A stretch of 64,000 nt of DNA from an uncultured Dehalococcoidia bacterium. GTDB taxonomy: Bacteria; Chloroflexota; Dehalococcoidia; Lucifugimonadales; UBA3495. The notes beneath the pieces are model-generated. The model did no database searches and had not been told where the DNA came from. It saw only the letters and a list, made by a program, of their open reading frames with translations. The stretch covers positions 11,029 through 75,028 of the forward strand of contig OX638345.1 of assembly GCA_951813535.1 (NCBI GenBank), written 5' to 3'. Of this stretch, positions 28,507 to 38,728 are shown piece after piece (within the stretch, counting starts at the first letter, position 1; the number at the start of each line of letters is the position of its first letter). A program made the position numbers and the translations under genes.

Positions 28507-29208
28507 ATGGCCAATCCTGACCATGTAGCGGCCGTCGCCGCCGGCCAGGCTGCCCTCGGGGCATGGCGTTCCGCCAATCCCGGCGAGCCTCTCGATCTGC
28601 GCGTCGCCGACCTGTCCGGACTGGACTTGGCCGGCGTGGACCTTCGTGATGCCGACCTCCGGGGCGCCTCCCTGGCAGATTCTCGCCTCACCCGGGCCAA
28701 TCTGTCCCGCTGCGATCTGCGCTCTGCCGACCTGACCGGAGCCGACCTCTACGGCGCGACCCTGGCCTCGGCGCAGATGGCCACCACCATCCTGCGGAAC
28801 ACCAACCTGTTCTGGGCCGACCTCAAGCAGTCCAACATGCAGGAGGCCATCCTGCAGTGGTCCCGCCTCAACCGGGCTTCGTTCCTCAACACCGACCTGA
28901 CCGACGCCGATTGCAGCCAGGTCACCGGCATAGAGGTCGATCTGCGTTCCGCCAACCTGACCAACTCCAACTGGCAGGGCGCCAATCTGAACGGGGCCGA
29001 CGTGAGCCGGGCCATCATGCACGGCGCCGACTTCACCGCCGCCAAGATCCGCGACTCCATGTGGATAATGACCGATATGCGGGGAGCGAACTTCAACCGG
29101 GCCAGCCTGCATCGCTGCGACATGACCATGGGCAAGTGGGACGACACCACCAATTTCCCACCCGGCTTTGATCCCAACTTCATCGAGAACCGGGTGGATG
29201 ACTACTAG
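28507..29208 (+). CDS. Pentapeptide repeat protein
   Basis: Runs of A(D/N)LxxA-type pentapeptides; MANPDH...W N-cap and W-DDTT-FP-GFDP C-cap. Confidence 0.93.
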   Translation: MANPDHVAAVAAGQAALGAWRSANPGEPLDLRVADLSGLDLAGVDLRDADLRGASLADSRLTRANLSRCDLRSADLTGADLYGATLASAQMATTILRNTNLFWADLKQSNMQEAILQWSRLNRASFLNTDLTDADCSQVTGIEVDLRSANLTNSNWQGANLNGADVSRAIMHGADFTAAKIRDSMWIMTDMRGANFNRASLHRCDMTMGKWDDTTNFPPGFDPNFIENRVDDY

Positions 29209-29234
29209 CCGCGCTTGATCGGCCCGGTCACCTG

Positions 29235-30215
29235 ATGTCTGTCCTACTGGTAGCGTCCCACCAGCCCGGCGCCGGCAAGACCTCCGTCGCTGCCGGTATC
29301 GCCACCCTCATCGCCCGGTCGGGAGTTCGGGCCTCCGCCTGCAAACCCCTCTCGCCGGCCGGCCGCACGGACCCCGACGCCGTCTACTTCTCCCGTAGTT
29401 TCCGCGGCGGTACCGCGGTGGCGTCTGCGGAGGACGATGCCGGCCTGGATGCGGCTGCCAGCGCCGTGCGGTCGCTGACCGGCATCAGCGAGCAGGTGGT
29501 CGTCGAGGTGGCCAACCCGGCCAGTGGTTCCGGCGCGGCTTCGGCCATCGTCACCGGCCTGGCGGAGCGGCTCTCTGCTCGTGTCCTGGCGGTATTCGGT
29601 CATGAATCCGACCTGTCATCGGTAAGCGTTTCCGGCGCGGTGGCCACACTTGGACATAGGCTCGCCGGCGTGATAGTCAATCAAACGCCCCGCTACCGGG
29701 TCCAGCGCGTGGCGACCCTGCTATCCGAACTGTCCACCGCCGGCGTACCGGTGATCGGCGCGCTGCCCGAGGATCGCACCATGCTTTCCCTTAGCCTGGA
29801 CCAGTTGGAGTCCAACCTGGGCGGCCGCTGGGAACTGGAGCCGGCAGATGGCGACGCATGGATCGACCGTTTCCTCATCGGCGGGAACATCATGGACTCC
29901 GGCGCCGGTTATTTCGGGCGATACGACCACCAGGCGGTGATCACCCGCGCCGAACGGCCGGATATCCAGATGGCGTCCCTGATGCAGGACACCCGGTGCC
30001 TGGTGCTGACCGGTGGCTCACGACCCACGGAATACATCCGGGTCGAAGCGGCCAAGCGCTGTGTGCCGGTGCTCCTGGTCGAACCGGGCACTGTGGCCAC
30101 CGCCGACGCCGTCGGAGACCTGATGGGCGCTATCGTGCCTCACGCCCCGCACAAGGCCGAGCGGATGGCGGACCTGCTGGATGGGCTCGTAGACCTGGAT
30201 GCGCTGTTGTCCTGA
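29235..30215 (+). CDS. Phosphotransacetylase N-terminal-like protein (BioD-like P-loop + DRTGG domain)
   Basis: PGAGKTS, CKPL, VIVN, AVITRAERPDIQ...CLVLTGG. Confidence 0.82.
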   Translation: MSVLLVASHQPGAGKTSVAAGIATLIARSGVRASACKPLSPAGRTDPDAVYFSRSFRGGTAVASAEDDAGLDAAASAVRSLTGISEQVVVEVANPASGSGAASAIVTGLAERLSARVLAVFGHESDLSSVSVSGAVATLGHRLAGVIVNQTPRYRVQRVATLLSELSTAGVPVIGALPEDRTMLSLSLDQLESNLGGRWELEPADGDAWIDRFLIGGNIMDSGAGYFGRYDHQAVITRAERPDIQMASLMQDTRCLVLTGGSRPTEYIRVEAAKRCVPVLLVEPGTVATADAVGDLMGAIVPHAPHKAERMADLLDGLVDLDALLS

Positions 30216-30239
30216 GGTCGGTCCCGCCTTCTCCCTGGG

Positions 30240-30533
30240 TCAGCCCTGCATCTCGAAGCGCTCCGACTCCGGAGGACGGGACCACAGTTCCTCAGCGCCA
30301 GCCATGGCCACGGCGCGCTCGGGACTGGCCCGCCAGGCATCGTAGATTTCGTTGCTCTCCCAGGTCACCAGGGTCGAGATCTTGGTGGAATCGCCCAGCG
30401 AGATGAAGGTATGCCGCGCACCGAAGCCGGGCGCGTGACTCTGCGCCACCCCGTTGCGGTCCAGGAGCGCCTTCGCCTCCTCCACTTTGTCTTCCTTGGC
30501 CCAATGGTGGGTCAGTACGCCGATCAGTGCCAT
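30240..30533 (-). CDS. Antibiotic biosynthesis monooxygenase (ABM)-like dimeric alpha/beta barrel
   Basis: APGF...TLVTWESNEIYDAWRASPE; GGAGG RBS before ATG 30533. Confidence 0.8.
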   Translation of the reverse strand: MALIGVLTHHWAKEDKVEEAKALLDRNGVAQSHAPGFGARHTFISLGDSTKISTLVTWESNEIYDAWRASPERAVAMAGAEELWSRPPESERFEMQG

Positions 30534-30609
30534 CGGTAGTCCTCCTTGAAAAAGCTGGAGATTGGCCGGATGGCTCCGGCCCGCAGTCACAGTAACCTGT
30601 AATCCGGCT

Positions 30610-31917
30610 TCACCCGCGTGACCAGGGGAGTATCACCCGGGATCTCAGGCCTTCCTCGCGCACTTGCAATAGCTTGCCCAGCACGTAGGCCACCAGCGCG
30701 GCGCCGATGCTGAACACGGCTCCCATCTTGCCCGGCTCCTGGAACGGCGAGTCACCGGGAAACGCCTTTCCGGCCACGAACAGCGCCACCGTAAGCCCCA
30801 GTCCCGCGATCACCCCGGTCACCACCAGGTGCCTCACTCCCATTCCCGGCGGTAGCGGGAAGCCGACCAGCGACGCCACCCAGGAGAACAGCGTGACCCC
30901 GATGGCCTTGCCGACGATCAACGACGATAACACCATCATCGTGACCCATCCTATGCTGGAGAAGGCCACGCCGGCATTGGCAAAGGCGAAGAAAAACAGG
31001 CCGTAGTCCACGAAGGGTTTTAGCTGATGCTCGAATCGCTCCAGCACGCTGTGGCCGGCATGCTCGGCGGCATGGGGATGGGGAGCAGCGTCCGTGTCGT
31101 GGGAGTGCGTTTCCTCTGCATCCGGTTGCTCATTGTGCCCGAGATGCGGCATGAAGGGGACGATGGGCGCCAGCGCCAGGGCCGGCTCCACGCCGGCCTT
31201 GGCCAGGCCGATCCAGGACAGAGTTCCGCCGGCCAGGAGGTACACCGGCCACCAACGAATGCGGAAACGGCGCATGATGTACGCGACGGCCATGCCACCC
31301 ACGACGAAGAGCAGCCAGATGGGTTCCACCGGATGGAGGGGATCAGGGTAGAAAACGGCGATGATGACCAGGCCGATGGCGTCGTCGGCCACCGCCAGCA
31401 GCAGCAGGAAGTTCACCGCCGGGTGCATGGGCCCGAATACCACCCGGGCCACCAGCCACGCCAATGCGATGTCGGTGGCAGTGGGTATGGCCCATCCGTT
31501 GGCCACCGCGGCGAAATCATTGGTGCCACCGTAGATGATCCACGCCAGCGCAAAGTACATCCCGACGGGTCCGAAGACCCCGCCCAGGGTGCCGGCCAGC
31601 GGGTTGATCGCCCTCCGCACCGGGTTGAGCACCCCGCCCGGCAGCGTCGACTCGGCGATTTCCTTGGTGGCGATCCCGAAGAACAGGCACATGAACATGC
31701 CGTTGATCATGAAATGAAGGGTCATCTCGTGACCGAACACCGAAGCGTGCCCACCAAACGGATTGAACTCCACCAGCACCTCGTACCAGTGTTGGTTGAC
31801 GTTGGCAGCAACCAAACCAAGAACCGCGCCGACAATCAGCGGCAACGAAAACTCCTGTACAAAATTGGACACCCGAACTATCTGGGGCGTTGGTTTGGCA
31901 ATTTGAGCCTGCATCAA
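30610..31917 (-). CDS. nhaA: Na+/H+ antiporter NhaA
   Basis: INGMFMCLFF, GWAIPTATDIA, FLLLLAVADDAIG, LPLFAFANAG-like YGLFFFAFANAGV, GLGLTVALFV. Confidence 0.92.
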   Translation of the reverse strand: MMQAQIAKPTPQIVRVSNFVQEFSLPLIVGAVLGLVAANVNQHWYEVLVEFNPFGGHASVFGHEMTLHFMINGMFMCLFFGIATKEIAESTLPGGVLNPVRRAINPLAGTLGGVFGPVGMYFALAWIIYGGTNDFAAVANGWAIPTATDIALAWLVARVVFGPMHPAVNFLLLLAVADDAIGLVIIAVFYPDPLHPVEPIWLLFVVGGMAVAYIMRRFRIRWWPVYLLAGGTLSWIGLAKAGVEPALALAPIVPFMPHLGHNEQPDAEETHSHDTDAAPHPHAAEHAGHSVLERFEHQLKPFVDYGLFFFAFANAGVAFSSIGWVTMMVLSSLIVGKAIGVTLFSWVASLVGFPLPPGMGVRHLVVTGVIAGLGLTVALFVAGKAFPGDSPFQEPGKMGAVFSIGAALVAYVLGKLLQVREEGLRSRVILPWSRG

Positions 31918-32036
31918 TCTTGATCTCGCTAATGGAGTCGTCGGAATTTCGACGGCGGCAATTTTATCATCAAATCCTCAATTGCCGGGCTCGATTGCCC
32001 GGCACGCTTCTCACGCGTACCCAGCTTCAGTCGAAC

Positions 32037-32130
32037 TGTCATTGCGAGCCAAGCGTGGCAATCTCGTGATGGCAGCCGGGATCTCTTGCAGCAACGAGAT
32101 CGCGACGTCGCTGCGCTCCTCACGATGACA
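32037..32130. repeat. Palindromic REP-like element (TGTCATTGCGAG...CTCACGATGACA)
   Basis: Imperfect terminal inverted repeat plus inner GCAATCTCG/CGAGATCGC. Confidence 0.7.
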
Positions 32131-32159
32131 AACCGGGTACGCGTGAGCGGCACGCCTGA

Positions 32160-32879
32160 GTTGACAACGCCCACGGTCAGCGAGAGATATTGGGCATGGA
32201 TGTGGGCGCCAGCGAGGACGGCGCTTTCTGGTTGACCTTCCTGCGCTCCCTGAACGCCCAGGGTCTCAGTGGGGTGGAACTGGTCATCTCCGACACTCAC
32301 CAGGGACTGAAGCAGGCCATCGCCACCGTGTTCGCCGGAGCCGGTTGGCAACGCTGCCGCACCCGCTTCATGACCAACCTTCTGACCCGGGCGCCCAAGC
32401 GATCCCAACCCGGCGCTGCCACCATGGTGCGCACCATCTACAGGCAACCTTCACCAGAGGAAGTCCACGCCCAGGCCGACCGGGTGGTGGTCCAGCTCAA
32501 GGAGCGCTTCCCCAAACTGCCCAGATGCTGGAAGACGCTTTGCCCGACATCCTGGCCTTCACCGCCTTCCCGGCATCCCACTGGCAGAAGCCCTGGTCCA
32601 ACAACCCGTCGGAAAGGCTGAACAAGGAGATCCGCCGCCGTAGAGCATGTCCCGGTAGGGAACGTGGCGGGCATCTTCCCCGACCGGGCAGCAACGCGCC
32701 GTCTGGTGGACGCGGTGCTGGCTGAACAGCACGACGAACGGGCCGAGGGCCACCGCTACCTCACCTTCACTGACGATGTCGACACCGAGACCCTACCGGC
32801 CAGCAACGTCCTGGAGGCGGCAGCCTGAACCACATCAACAAGGATGACGCCTATTACACTGCTTGACGGGACATGACCC
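32160..32879 (+). mobile_element. IS256-family transposase remnant (3' half, frameshifted) with right end
   Basis: REILGMDVGASEDGAFW...ELVISD-x-HQGL...WQRCR...WSNNPSERLNKEIRRR...GIFP; frameshift near 32520, ~19-bp insertion near 32641, stop at 32828, IS256-like end TTACACTGCTTGACGGGACATGACC. Confidence 0.88.
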
Positions 32880-32994
32880 GATCACCCGCCGCTGCACGTC
32901 CTTCACCCCCAACTCCCACTGTTCCAGCGATCGGTCAATCTCTCTGACTCCCATCTTCCCTCCATCCATCCCGCGAACAATGTCTGACCTGGTA
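32880..32994 (-). mobile_element. Probable IS630-like transposase 5' stub interrupted by IS256
   Basis: GGAGGGAAG RBS + MGVREIDRSLEQWELGVKDVQRRVI, cut at the IS256 end; TA at 32993-94 at the putative terminus; family call is from recollection. Confidence 0.4.
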
Positions 32995-33139
32995 CCCCCT
33001 CAAATTTACCCCAAACTTCTGCGCATTTCACCTTGGCTTTGGTTTAGTTGCAAGCGCGCACGCCGGTCATCGCAACCAGCGCAATTTGCATGATATCGCC
33101 TCCTTCCCCATCGTTCTCGTACGCTCAGCGTGGCGGTTC

Positions 33140-36100
33140 CTAATGCCCCGTCTCAAAACAGAACAGGTCGGACTGGGGCGACCATTCACCCCAGTTGGCC
33201 CCCCATCGTCCGCGGACCTGGATGGCCAGGGAACCGTAGCCTGCCATGCTCACCGTGCCGTTCATCTCAAAGTAGCCGTGAGCTTCGCTTTCCCTGAAGC
33301 TGTAGTCGACCATGCCCGCGCCGTCTCTGGTGTTGATGTGGGTAGCCCATTCGTCGGCTTCCCGGTCGCCGGTGGGGCCAGACCAGATGACCAGGAAGTG
33401 CAGGTCGCCGTCGCAGGACTCCAGTTCCAGGAGGTTGCCGCTCCGGGCGTCGGGGTGGTCGTACTGGCCGGTGCTGTCCAGCCAGAAGACGCCGAGCGTC
33501 CCTACGTCGAAAGCCTCCACACCCGATGGGTCCGGCTCTGGCGCCTCCGGGGCCTGGGGGGTGCCCTTTCCGGATGCCCACGCGCCAGTGCCCACCCGGT
33601 TCACCGCCGCCACCTGCAATTCGTAGTGCGTCCGATTGGTGAGGCCGGTGATACCGTCGCTCTCAATCAGGTCATCGTTGGAGCGGGACAGGTAGTTCCA
33701 TGATGAGCTTCCTTGCTGGCGGTAGCGGACCCGGTACGAGGTAACGGGCGCCCGCGGGTCTTCACCCGGCGGCACGTTCCAGAGCAGGAAGAGGCTTTGG
33801 TCTCCGCTCCGTACAATCAGATCGGTGGGCGCCAGCGGCACGGTGGCCGGGCCCTCCGGCGTGGCGTCGGCGGTGGCAGCCGGACCCTCCAGCGTGCCGC
33901 GCATCGCTCGCACCTCGAAGGTGTAGCCGACCCGGTTGGTCAGGTTGCTCACCGGGTGGGACGTGGTGTCCCAGCGGCTGCCGGGCATCGCCGCCCAATC
34001 GGGGTCCCACTCGGCCACGGAGCTGAGCCGGTGCCGGTACTGGTAACCCGTGATGGAGTCGTCGCCGGAGTTATTCCAGTTCAGGGTGACCCGACCGTCG
34101 CCGGGTGTGGCGGCGAAGTTCGCCGGCGCGGTCAGCGGGCCCCGCGGTTTGGCGGTGGCGCGCGCCGCCGGCCCCGGGGTGTTGCCGCGCACCGCGCGCA
34201 ACTCGATGGTGTAGAGCAGATTGTTGGTCAACCCCGAAAGCGTGCGGGCGGTTGTCGTGGCGCCGCTGCCCGACATACGCGTCCAGTCGGGGTTCCAGTC
34301 CGAGTCCGATGTGTTCATGTAGCGGTACTGGTATCCGGTCAAGGTGGCGTCGTTGGGATCGTCCCAGGTCAGCGCGATTTCACCGTCGCCGGCGGAGGTC
34401 GCGGTCAAGTTGACCGGCGCTCCCAGCGAGCCCCTTGGAATTGACTTCACCTGACCCTCTTTGCCGGGCGTGTCCACACTATTGCGACGGTACACCGGAC
34501 GCACCTGGAAGGTGTACTCCATGCCGTTGGTCAAGCCGCCAACCATGTGCTCCGTGGTATCGCCGCTACTGCCCGAGACGTCCCCCCAGTTCGGGTTCCA
34601 GTCAGTGTCCGCGCCGCTCCGTGTCCGGTATTCGTACTTTTGTATCGTGTCGTCTCCGGGATCGTCCCATTTCAGCCCCACTTGCTGGTCGCCGGGGACG
34701 GCGCGAAGGTTCCGGACGTCGGCAACGTAGTCGACATCCTGGTCGCCGAACCCGTCCGCCTCCTTTCCGCTCGGGTCTTTGATGGGGTTGGTGCTGGGCT
34801 TGCTGTAGCTCACCGTGGCCGTCTGATCCCGGGTTACCGGGGCGGCTAGGGTCAGCGTGACCACGCTGCCGGCGATCGATACCCCGGTGGGGTTGGCGCC
34901 CGCGCCGGCGTCCACCTTTACGGTGAACGCGCTGTTGGCCGGGGCGGTGGTGTTCAGATCTTCGCTGTAGTTCAGGTAGAGGCTGGAATCCTCCACCTCG
35001 GCCGACACCAGGGCGGGCTTGGTGGTATCCACCCGGTGGTCCGACAGCGCCTCCTGTGCGAGATGCTCCAAGCTGGCGGGCACCTGCCGGTCGGTCTCCG
35101 TATGCATGAACTTGATGGAGCCTCCATTCAGGTCCAGGGAGTTAACGTCCCACGAGATGCCGTCGTAATCGTCGTCGCCGGACACCACGGTGTAGGAGAA
35201 GACCAGGGACTCGGAGTCGGAGCCGTTGTCGTAGGCGGCTTCGCGGGTGGAATCACCCAGGTTGAATGTGAACTCCGGCGTCCCGTGGGTGGTATCCACC
35301 GTAACCGGGCCGGTGAACGTAACCGTGAACTCGATGTCATCCCCGACATCGTAGTATCCGTTGGTTGGCGTCGACGTCAACGCTATGCCGGATACCTGCA
35401 GGGTATCGTCGTCCAATATGGTGACCGTGATCCGACAATCGCCGTGGGGCAACAGGTGTTCGTCCGGGCAGGCCGTGAAGAAGACCGACCAGGACTCATG
35501 CTGCATATCGATGTAGAACTGTTCACTGCCCTCGTAGACGGCGTCCTCGGTCGTTTGCACGGTCAACGGTTTGTCAGCCACGTAGGCGTCGCCCGAGGAG
35601 ACAAAGTCGCTCATGTACACATAAACGATGCCAGGCAAAACCGGAACGTAATCGCCGTCCGTCGCCGTATCGGGTACGGAATCCAGCTCAACCGCATCAG
35701 AATACTTACCCCTCGGCTCCGCCACGCCCGTGCCCGTGATGAACGACACCAGCACGTCCACGCTGTCTCCCTCCTCAACGATGTACGAGTAGTGCTTGGG
35801 GGCCAACGTGTAAAGGTCTCCAGTAACGGGCATCTTCATAAACACCGTCGCCGACCGGTTCGCCCCCACCGCCGGAGCGTGGTCGTCGTGCCACGCCACA
35901 GTTGCCGTCAGGTTTCCCGATGTATGGCCAACGTAGCTGCTGCGAAGGTATTTCGTCGCCGTGGTCTGGCTTGCTGGGATGGTGATGGTCTGCGGCTGGT
36001 GCGGGAACGCATCCAGGTATTCCACGTCCTGCGCGATCTCGAGCTCCACGGTCAAGTCCGCGTCCGAGGTGTTGGATCGCGTTACCCGGAATACCGCATC

Positions 36101-38728
36101 GGATATGATGGGCGTTGCGGTAGAATACACCGCCTCGATGGAAACCCGGGGCACCGTGCTGTTGTTGGTCACCGCCTGGTCCGTGAAACCGGGCGCGTCG
36201 TTGCCGGTGGCGTCCTTGATGACCGGTCCGCTGCTGGGCTTGGCGTAGCTGACCTTGACCGAGCCGTCGTTGTGGGCGATGGGCCTGGCCATTTTGAGCA
36301 CCACCGTGCTGCCGCTCACCGAAACGCAGTCGGTGGACGCCAGATCAACCGTGGCCTCGCTGGCCCCCGCCGGCGTCGCCTCCACGGTGAAGGCCGTCGT
36401 TGGAGGCGCCGATGAATCCTTGAGCGCCTCATTGTAGGTGATGGTCAGGGTCAGACCGTCGGCGGCCAATACCGCAGTCGAGTTCGCGGCCAGAGCAGGC
36501 GGGGTCACGTCCACCTTCAGGTTGCCCACGTCCTGATCTTCAAACGTGGCCGTCTCGTTGCCGAACTTGTCGGCAATCTTGTTGTCGGTGCCCGAGTCCG
36601 GCCTGGTGTAGGTCACTTTCACATTGCTGTCGGCCGACGTGACCGAGGACGCGGTGTCCAGGGTCAGCGTCACGCTGTTGCCGGAGATTGACGGGCTGCC
36701 TGTCAGCGTGAGGGTCTGCGCCGGGTCGTTTTTCTTCACCGTGAACGCGCTCTGGTCCAGCGATGCTGCCTCGTCCAGCGGCTCATTGAAGTTCAGCGTC
36801 AGTGTCGTATTGTCCACCGTGGCGGAGGCCAGCGTGGGAGCCGCCGCGTCCTGGCTCAGGTACAACGTGCGCTCGGCATGGCCGCTCCAGTCCTGCCCGG
36901 CGCTGGTGAACAGATAGGAGGATGTTCCGCCTACGACGGAGGAATCAAAGCCGTACTCCGCCGCGTCGCAAACGTGCAGCACCAGGTTCTTCTTGTCCGC
37001 TGCGGCGAGCGCAGCTTCGAGCTGGAAGGCCACAGTGTCGTTGGACGTCGTCAGGGCGTTGATCTCGTGGTCGGCGTCGCTGGCCGTGGTGAATGTGACA
37101 TCGTCCAGGCCGCCGTTGCCCCCGCTTTCCCGGAAACCGTAGAAGGTGTCCTGGGATACGGTCCACTTCTCGACCGCAACCTTGCCGGTCCACACCTGCG
37201 ATGCTCCGCCGGTGTAGGCAGGCGCGGCACACTCGGCGGCGGCGGTGATGACCTCGGTGGCCGCGCTGGTCAGGGGGCCGTTGGCGTATCCGTCGTCGTC
37301 GGTGTAGCTGACCAGCACCTTGATGGTCTTGCCCGCGTCGTCGTCCGTCAACCGGTAGTTGGCGGCGGTGCCGATGTAGTCCGCTTCCATGGTGGTCCCG
37401 GCCGAGTCGAACCGTTGCCAGCGATAGGCGAGGTTGATGAGTTCGCCATCGTCGTCGGTGTCGTAAATCCCGTCCACGCCGTTGGTGTCCGTGATGCTGG
37501 AGAGGTCGGCCGTCAACACCGCCGGCACGCGGAACACATTGGGCGCGTTGATCACTGGCGCGCCTTTAGGCGCCGAGTTCCTGGGAGCAGCCCGCACCTT
37601 GATTTTCAGGGATCGATTCCCGGACTCGTCGGCGAACGCTCCTTCGCTGCTGGCGGCGCGGGTCTGCGCCGTATTGCCGATGGATGCTCCGTCCAACGGC
37701 GTGCCGTCCTCGTCGTCGGTGCCGGCGAACTGCACGGAAACGCCAGCCGAGCCGTTATCAACCCTCAACCAGTACTCGGTGGACCCGGCAAGCACCGCGG
37801 TTGACGAGGTCGCCCGGTATATGTAGTCCCTGGTTGCGTCGGCGGTGAGGGAGTCCGGGACGAAGGTGTCGACCACCCCGACGCCGGTCGCGGACCCACT
37901 ATGCACCGTCAGCCGGGGAGACGAGGGGGCGTTGGGCCCGGTCTGGAGGCGAATTTCGATGGTGCCCACCGTGTAGCCAGCGTCATTGTCGCCCGTGGTG
38001 AACGACTGGGCGAAATCGTAGGATGCCAGGGAACCGGTGTCCGTCCCAGATTGCGCGATGTTGCTTACCATCACCGGGACCGAATTAATGGAGCCCCGGA
38101 CCTTTATCATCAACGCCGGTCCCGTGGTGTCGTACTGGAAACTGCCGGTGCTATCGTGCCCGCGCCTGTGGAACCGGTTGCCGATGGACCAGTCCGGCGC
38201 CGGGTCGGCGTCTTCGGTGTCGACAAGGGTGCCCCGCACCAACACATTGGATACGCCCTCAACTACCACCCAGTACTTCGTGGCCGGTTCCAGGTGGAAG
38301 CCCGCCGGGGTCGTGAACGTGTAGTCCCTGGCAAAGCCGGTCCGGAGACTGCCCGGGCCGGTCAGTGTCGCTCCCGACGAATGGTTGGGGTTGTACCTGA
38401 CCACCCTCACCGAAGGGACGGTCGTTGCCCCCAACGTCTGCAGCTTGAGATCAACGCTGTTGAGCGTGTAACCGGTGGGGTTGTTCCCGGTGGTGAATTC
38501 CTGGGCGACGTCCAGGGCCCCCAGGTCCTGTCCGAATTGGTTGGACCTCCCGATGTTGCTGACCAACGTCTGCGGCGACTGCGCCTGGGTCGTGCCCAGG
38601 AGGCTGAACAGGAGCAGGGCCAGCACGGCCGGGGCAAGCAGCCAGCGGGTCAAGGCGCGCGTCGTCGCTGCGCCGCCCGGCCGGTGGGGCCGGAATATGC
38701 AGCGAATTGAGGTGGGCAGAACTGACAT
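33140..38728 (-). CDS. Giant secreted adhesin-like protein (choice-of-anchor-R-like x2, SwmB-like x3, Calx-beta-like, fibronectin type III x4)
   Basis: Signal peptide ...LLFSLLGTTQA; AQEFTTG/AQSFTTG repeats; PTLASATVD..LTL.FNE.L repeats; WDDP...YQYR...GLTN...Y...VRA FN3 repeats. Confidence 0.88.
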   Translation of the reverse strand: MSVLPTSIRCIFRPHRPGGAATTRALTRWLLAPAVLALLLFSLLGTTQAQSPQTLVSNIGRSNQFGQDLGALDVAQEFTTGNNPTGYTLNSVDLKLQTLGATTVPSVRVVRYNPNHSSGATLTGPGSLRTGFARDYTFTTPAGFHLEPATKYWVVVEGVSNVLVRGTLVDTEDADPAPDWSIGNRFHRRGHDSTGSFQYDTTGPALMIKVRGSINSVPVMVSNIAQSGTDTGSLASYDFAQSFTTGDNDAGYTVGTIEIRLQTGPNAPSSPRLTVHSGSATGVGVVDTFVPDSLTADATRDYIYRATSSTAVLAGSTEYWLRVDNGSAGVSVQFAGTDDEDGTPLDGASIGNTAQTRAASSEGAFADESGNRSLKIKVRAAPRNSAPKGAPVINAPNVFRVPAVLTADLSSITDTNGVDGIYDTDDDGELINLAYRWQRFDSAGTTMEADYIGTAANYRLTDDDAGKTIKVLVSYTDDDGYANGPLTSAATEVITAAAECAAPAYTGGASQVWTGKVAVEKWTVSQDTFYGFRESGGNGGLDDVTFTTASDADHEINALTTSNDTVAFQLEAALAAADKKNLVLHVCDAAEYGFDSSVVGGTSSYLFTSAGQDWSGHAERTLYLSQDAAAPTLASATVDNTTLTLNFNEPLDEAASLDQSAFTVKKNDPAQTLTLTGSPSISGNSVTLTLDTASSVTSADSNVKVTYTRPDSGTDNKIADKFGNETATFEDQDVGNLKVDVTPPALAANSTAVLAADGLTLTITYNEALKDSSAPPTTAFTVEATPAGASEATVDLASTDCVSVSGSTVVLKMARPIAHNDGSVKVSYAKPSSGPVIKDATGNDAPGFTDQAVTNNSTVPRVSIEAVYSTATPIISDAVFRVTRSNTSDADLTVELEIAQDVEYLDAFPHQPQTITIPASQTTATKYLRSSYVGHTSGNLTATVAWHDDHAPAVGANRSATVFMKMPVTGDLYTLAPKHYSYIVEEGDSVDVLVSFITGTGVAEPRGKYSDAVELDSVPDTATDGDYVPVLPGIVYVYMSDFVSSGDAYVADKPLTVQTTEDAVYEGSEQFYIDMQHESWSVFFTACPDEHLLPHGDCRITVTILDDDTLQVSGIALTSTPTNGYYDVGDDIEFTVTFTGPVTVDTTHGTPEFTFNLGDSTREAAYDNGSDSESLVFSYTVVSGDDDYDGISWDVNSLDLNGGSIKFMHTETDRQVPASLEHLAQEALSDHRVDTTKPALVSAEVEDSSLYLNYSEDLNTTAPANSAFTVKVDAGAGANPTGVSIAGSVVTLTLAAPVTRDQTATVSYSKPSTNPIKDPSGKEADGFGDQDVDYVADVRNLRAVPGDQQVGLKWDDPGDDTIQKYEYRTRSGADTDWNPNWGDVSGSSGDTTEHMVGGLTNGMEYTFQVRPVYRRNSVDTPGKEGQVKSIPRGSLGAPVNLTATSAGDGEIALTWDDPNDATLTGYQYRYMNTSDSDWNPDWTRMSGSGATTTARTLSGLTNNLLYTIELRAVRGNTPGPAARATAKPRGPLTAPANFAATPGDGRVTLNWNNSGDDSITGYQYRHRLSSVAEWDPDWAAMPGSRWDTTSHPVSNLTNRVGYTFEVRAMRGTLEGPAATADATPEGPATVPLAPTDLIVRSGDQSLFLLWNVPPGEDPRAPVTSYRVRYRQQGSSSWNYLSRSNDDLIESDGITGLTNRTHYELQVAAVNRVGTGAWASGKGTPQAPEAPEPDPSGVEAFDVGTLGVFWLDSTGQYDHPDARSGNLLELESCDGDLHFLVIWSGPTGDREADEWATHINTRDGAGMVDYSFRESEAHGYFEMNGTVSMAGYGSLAIQVRGRWGANWGEWSPQSDLFCFETGH

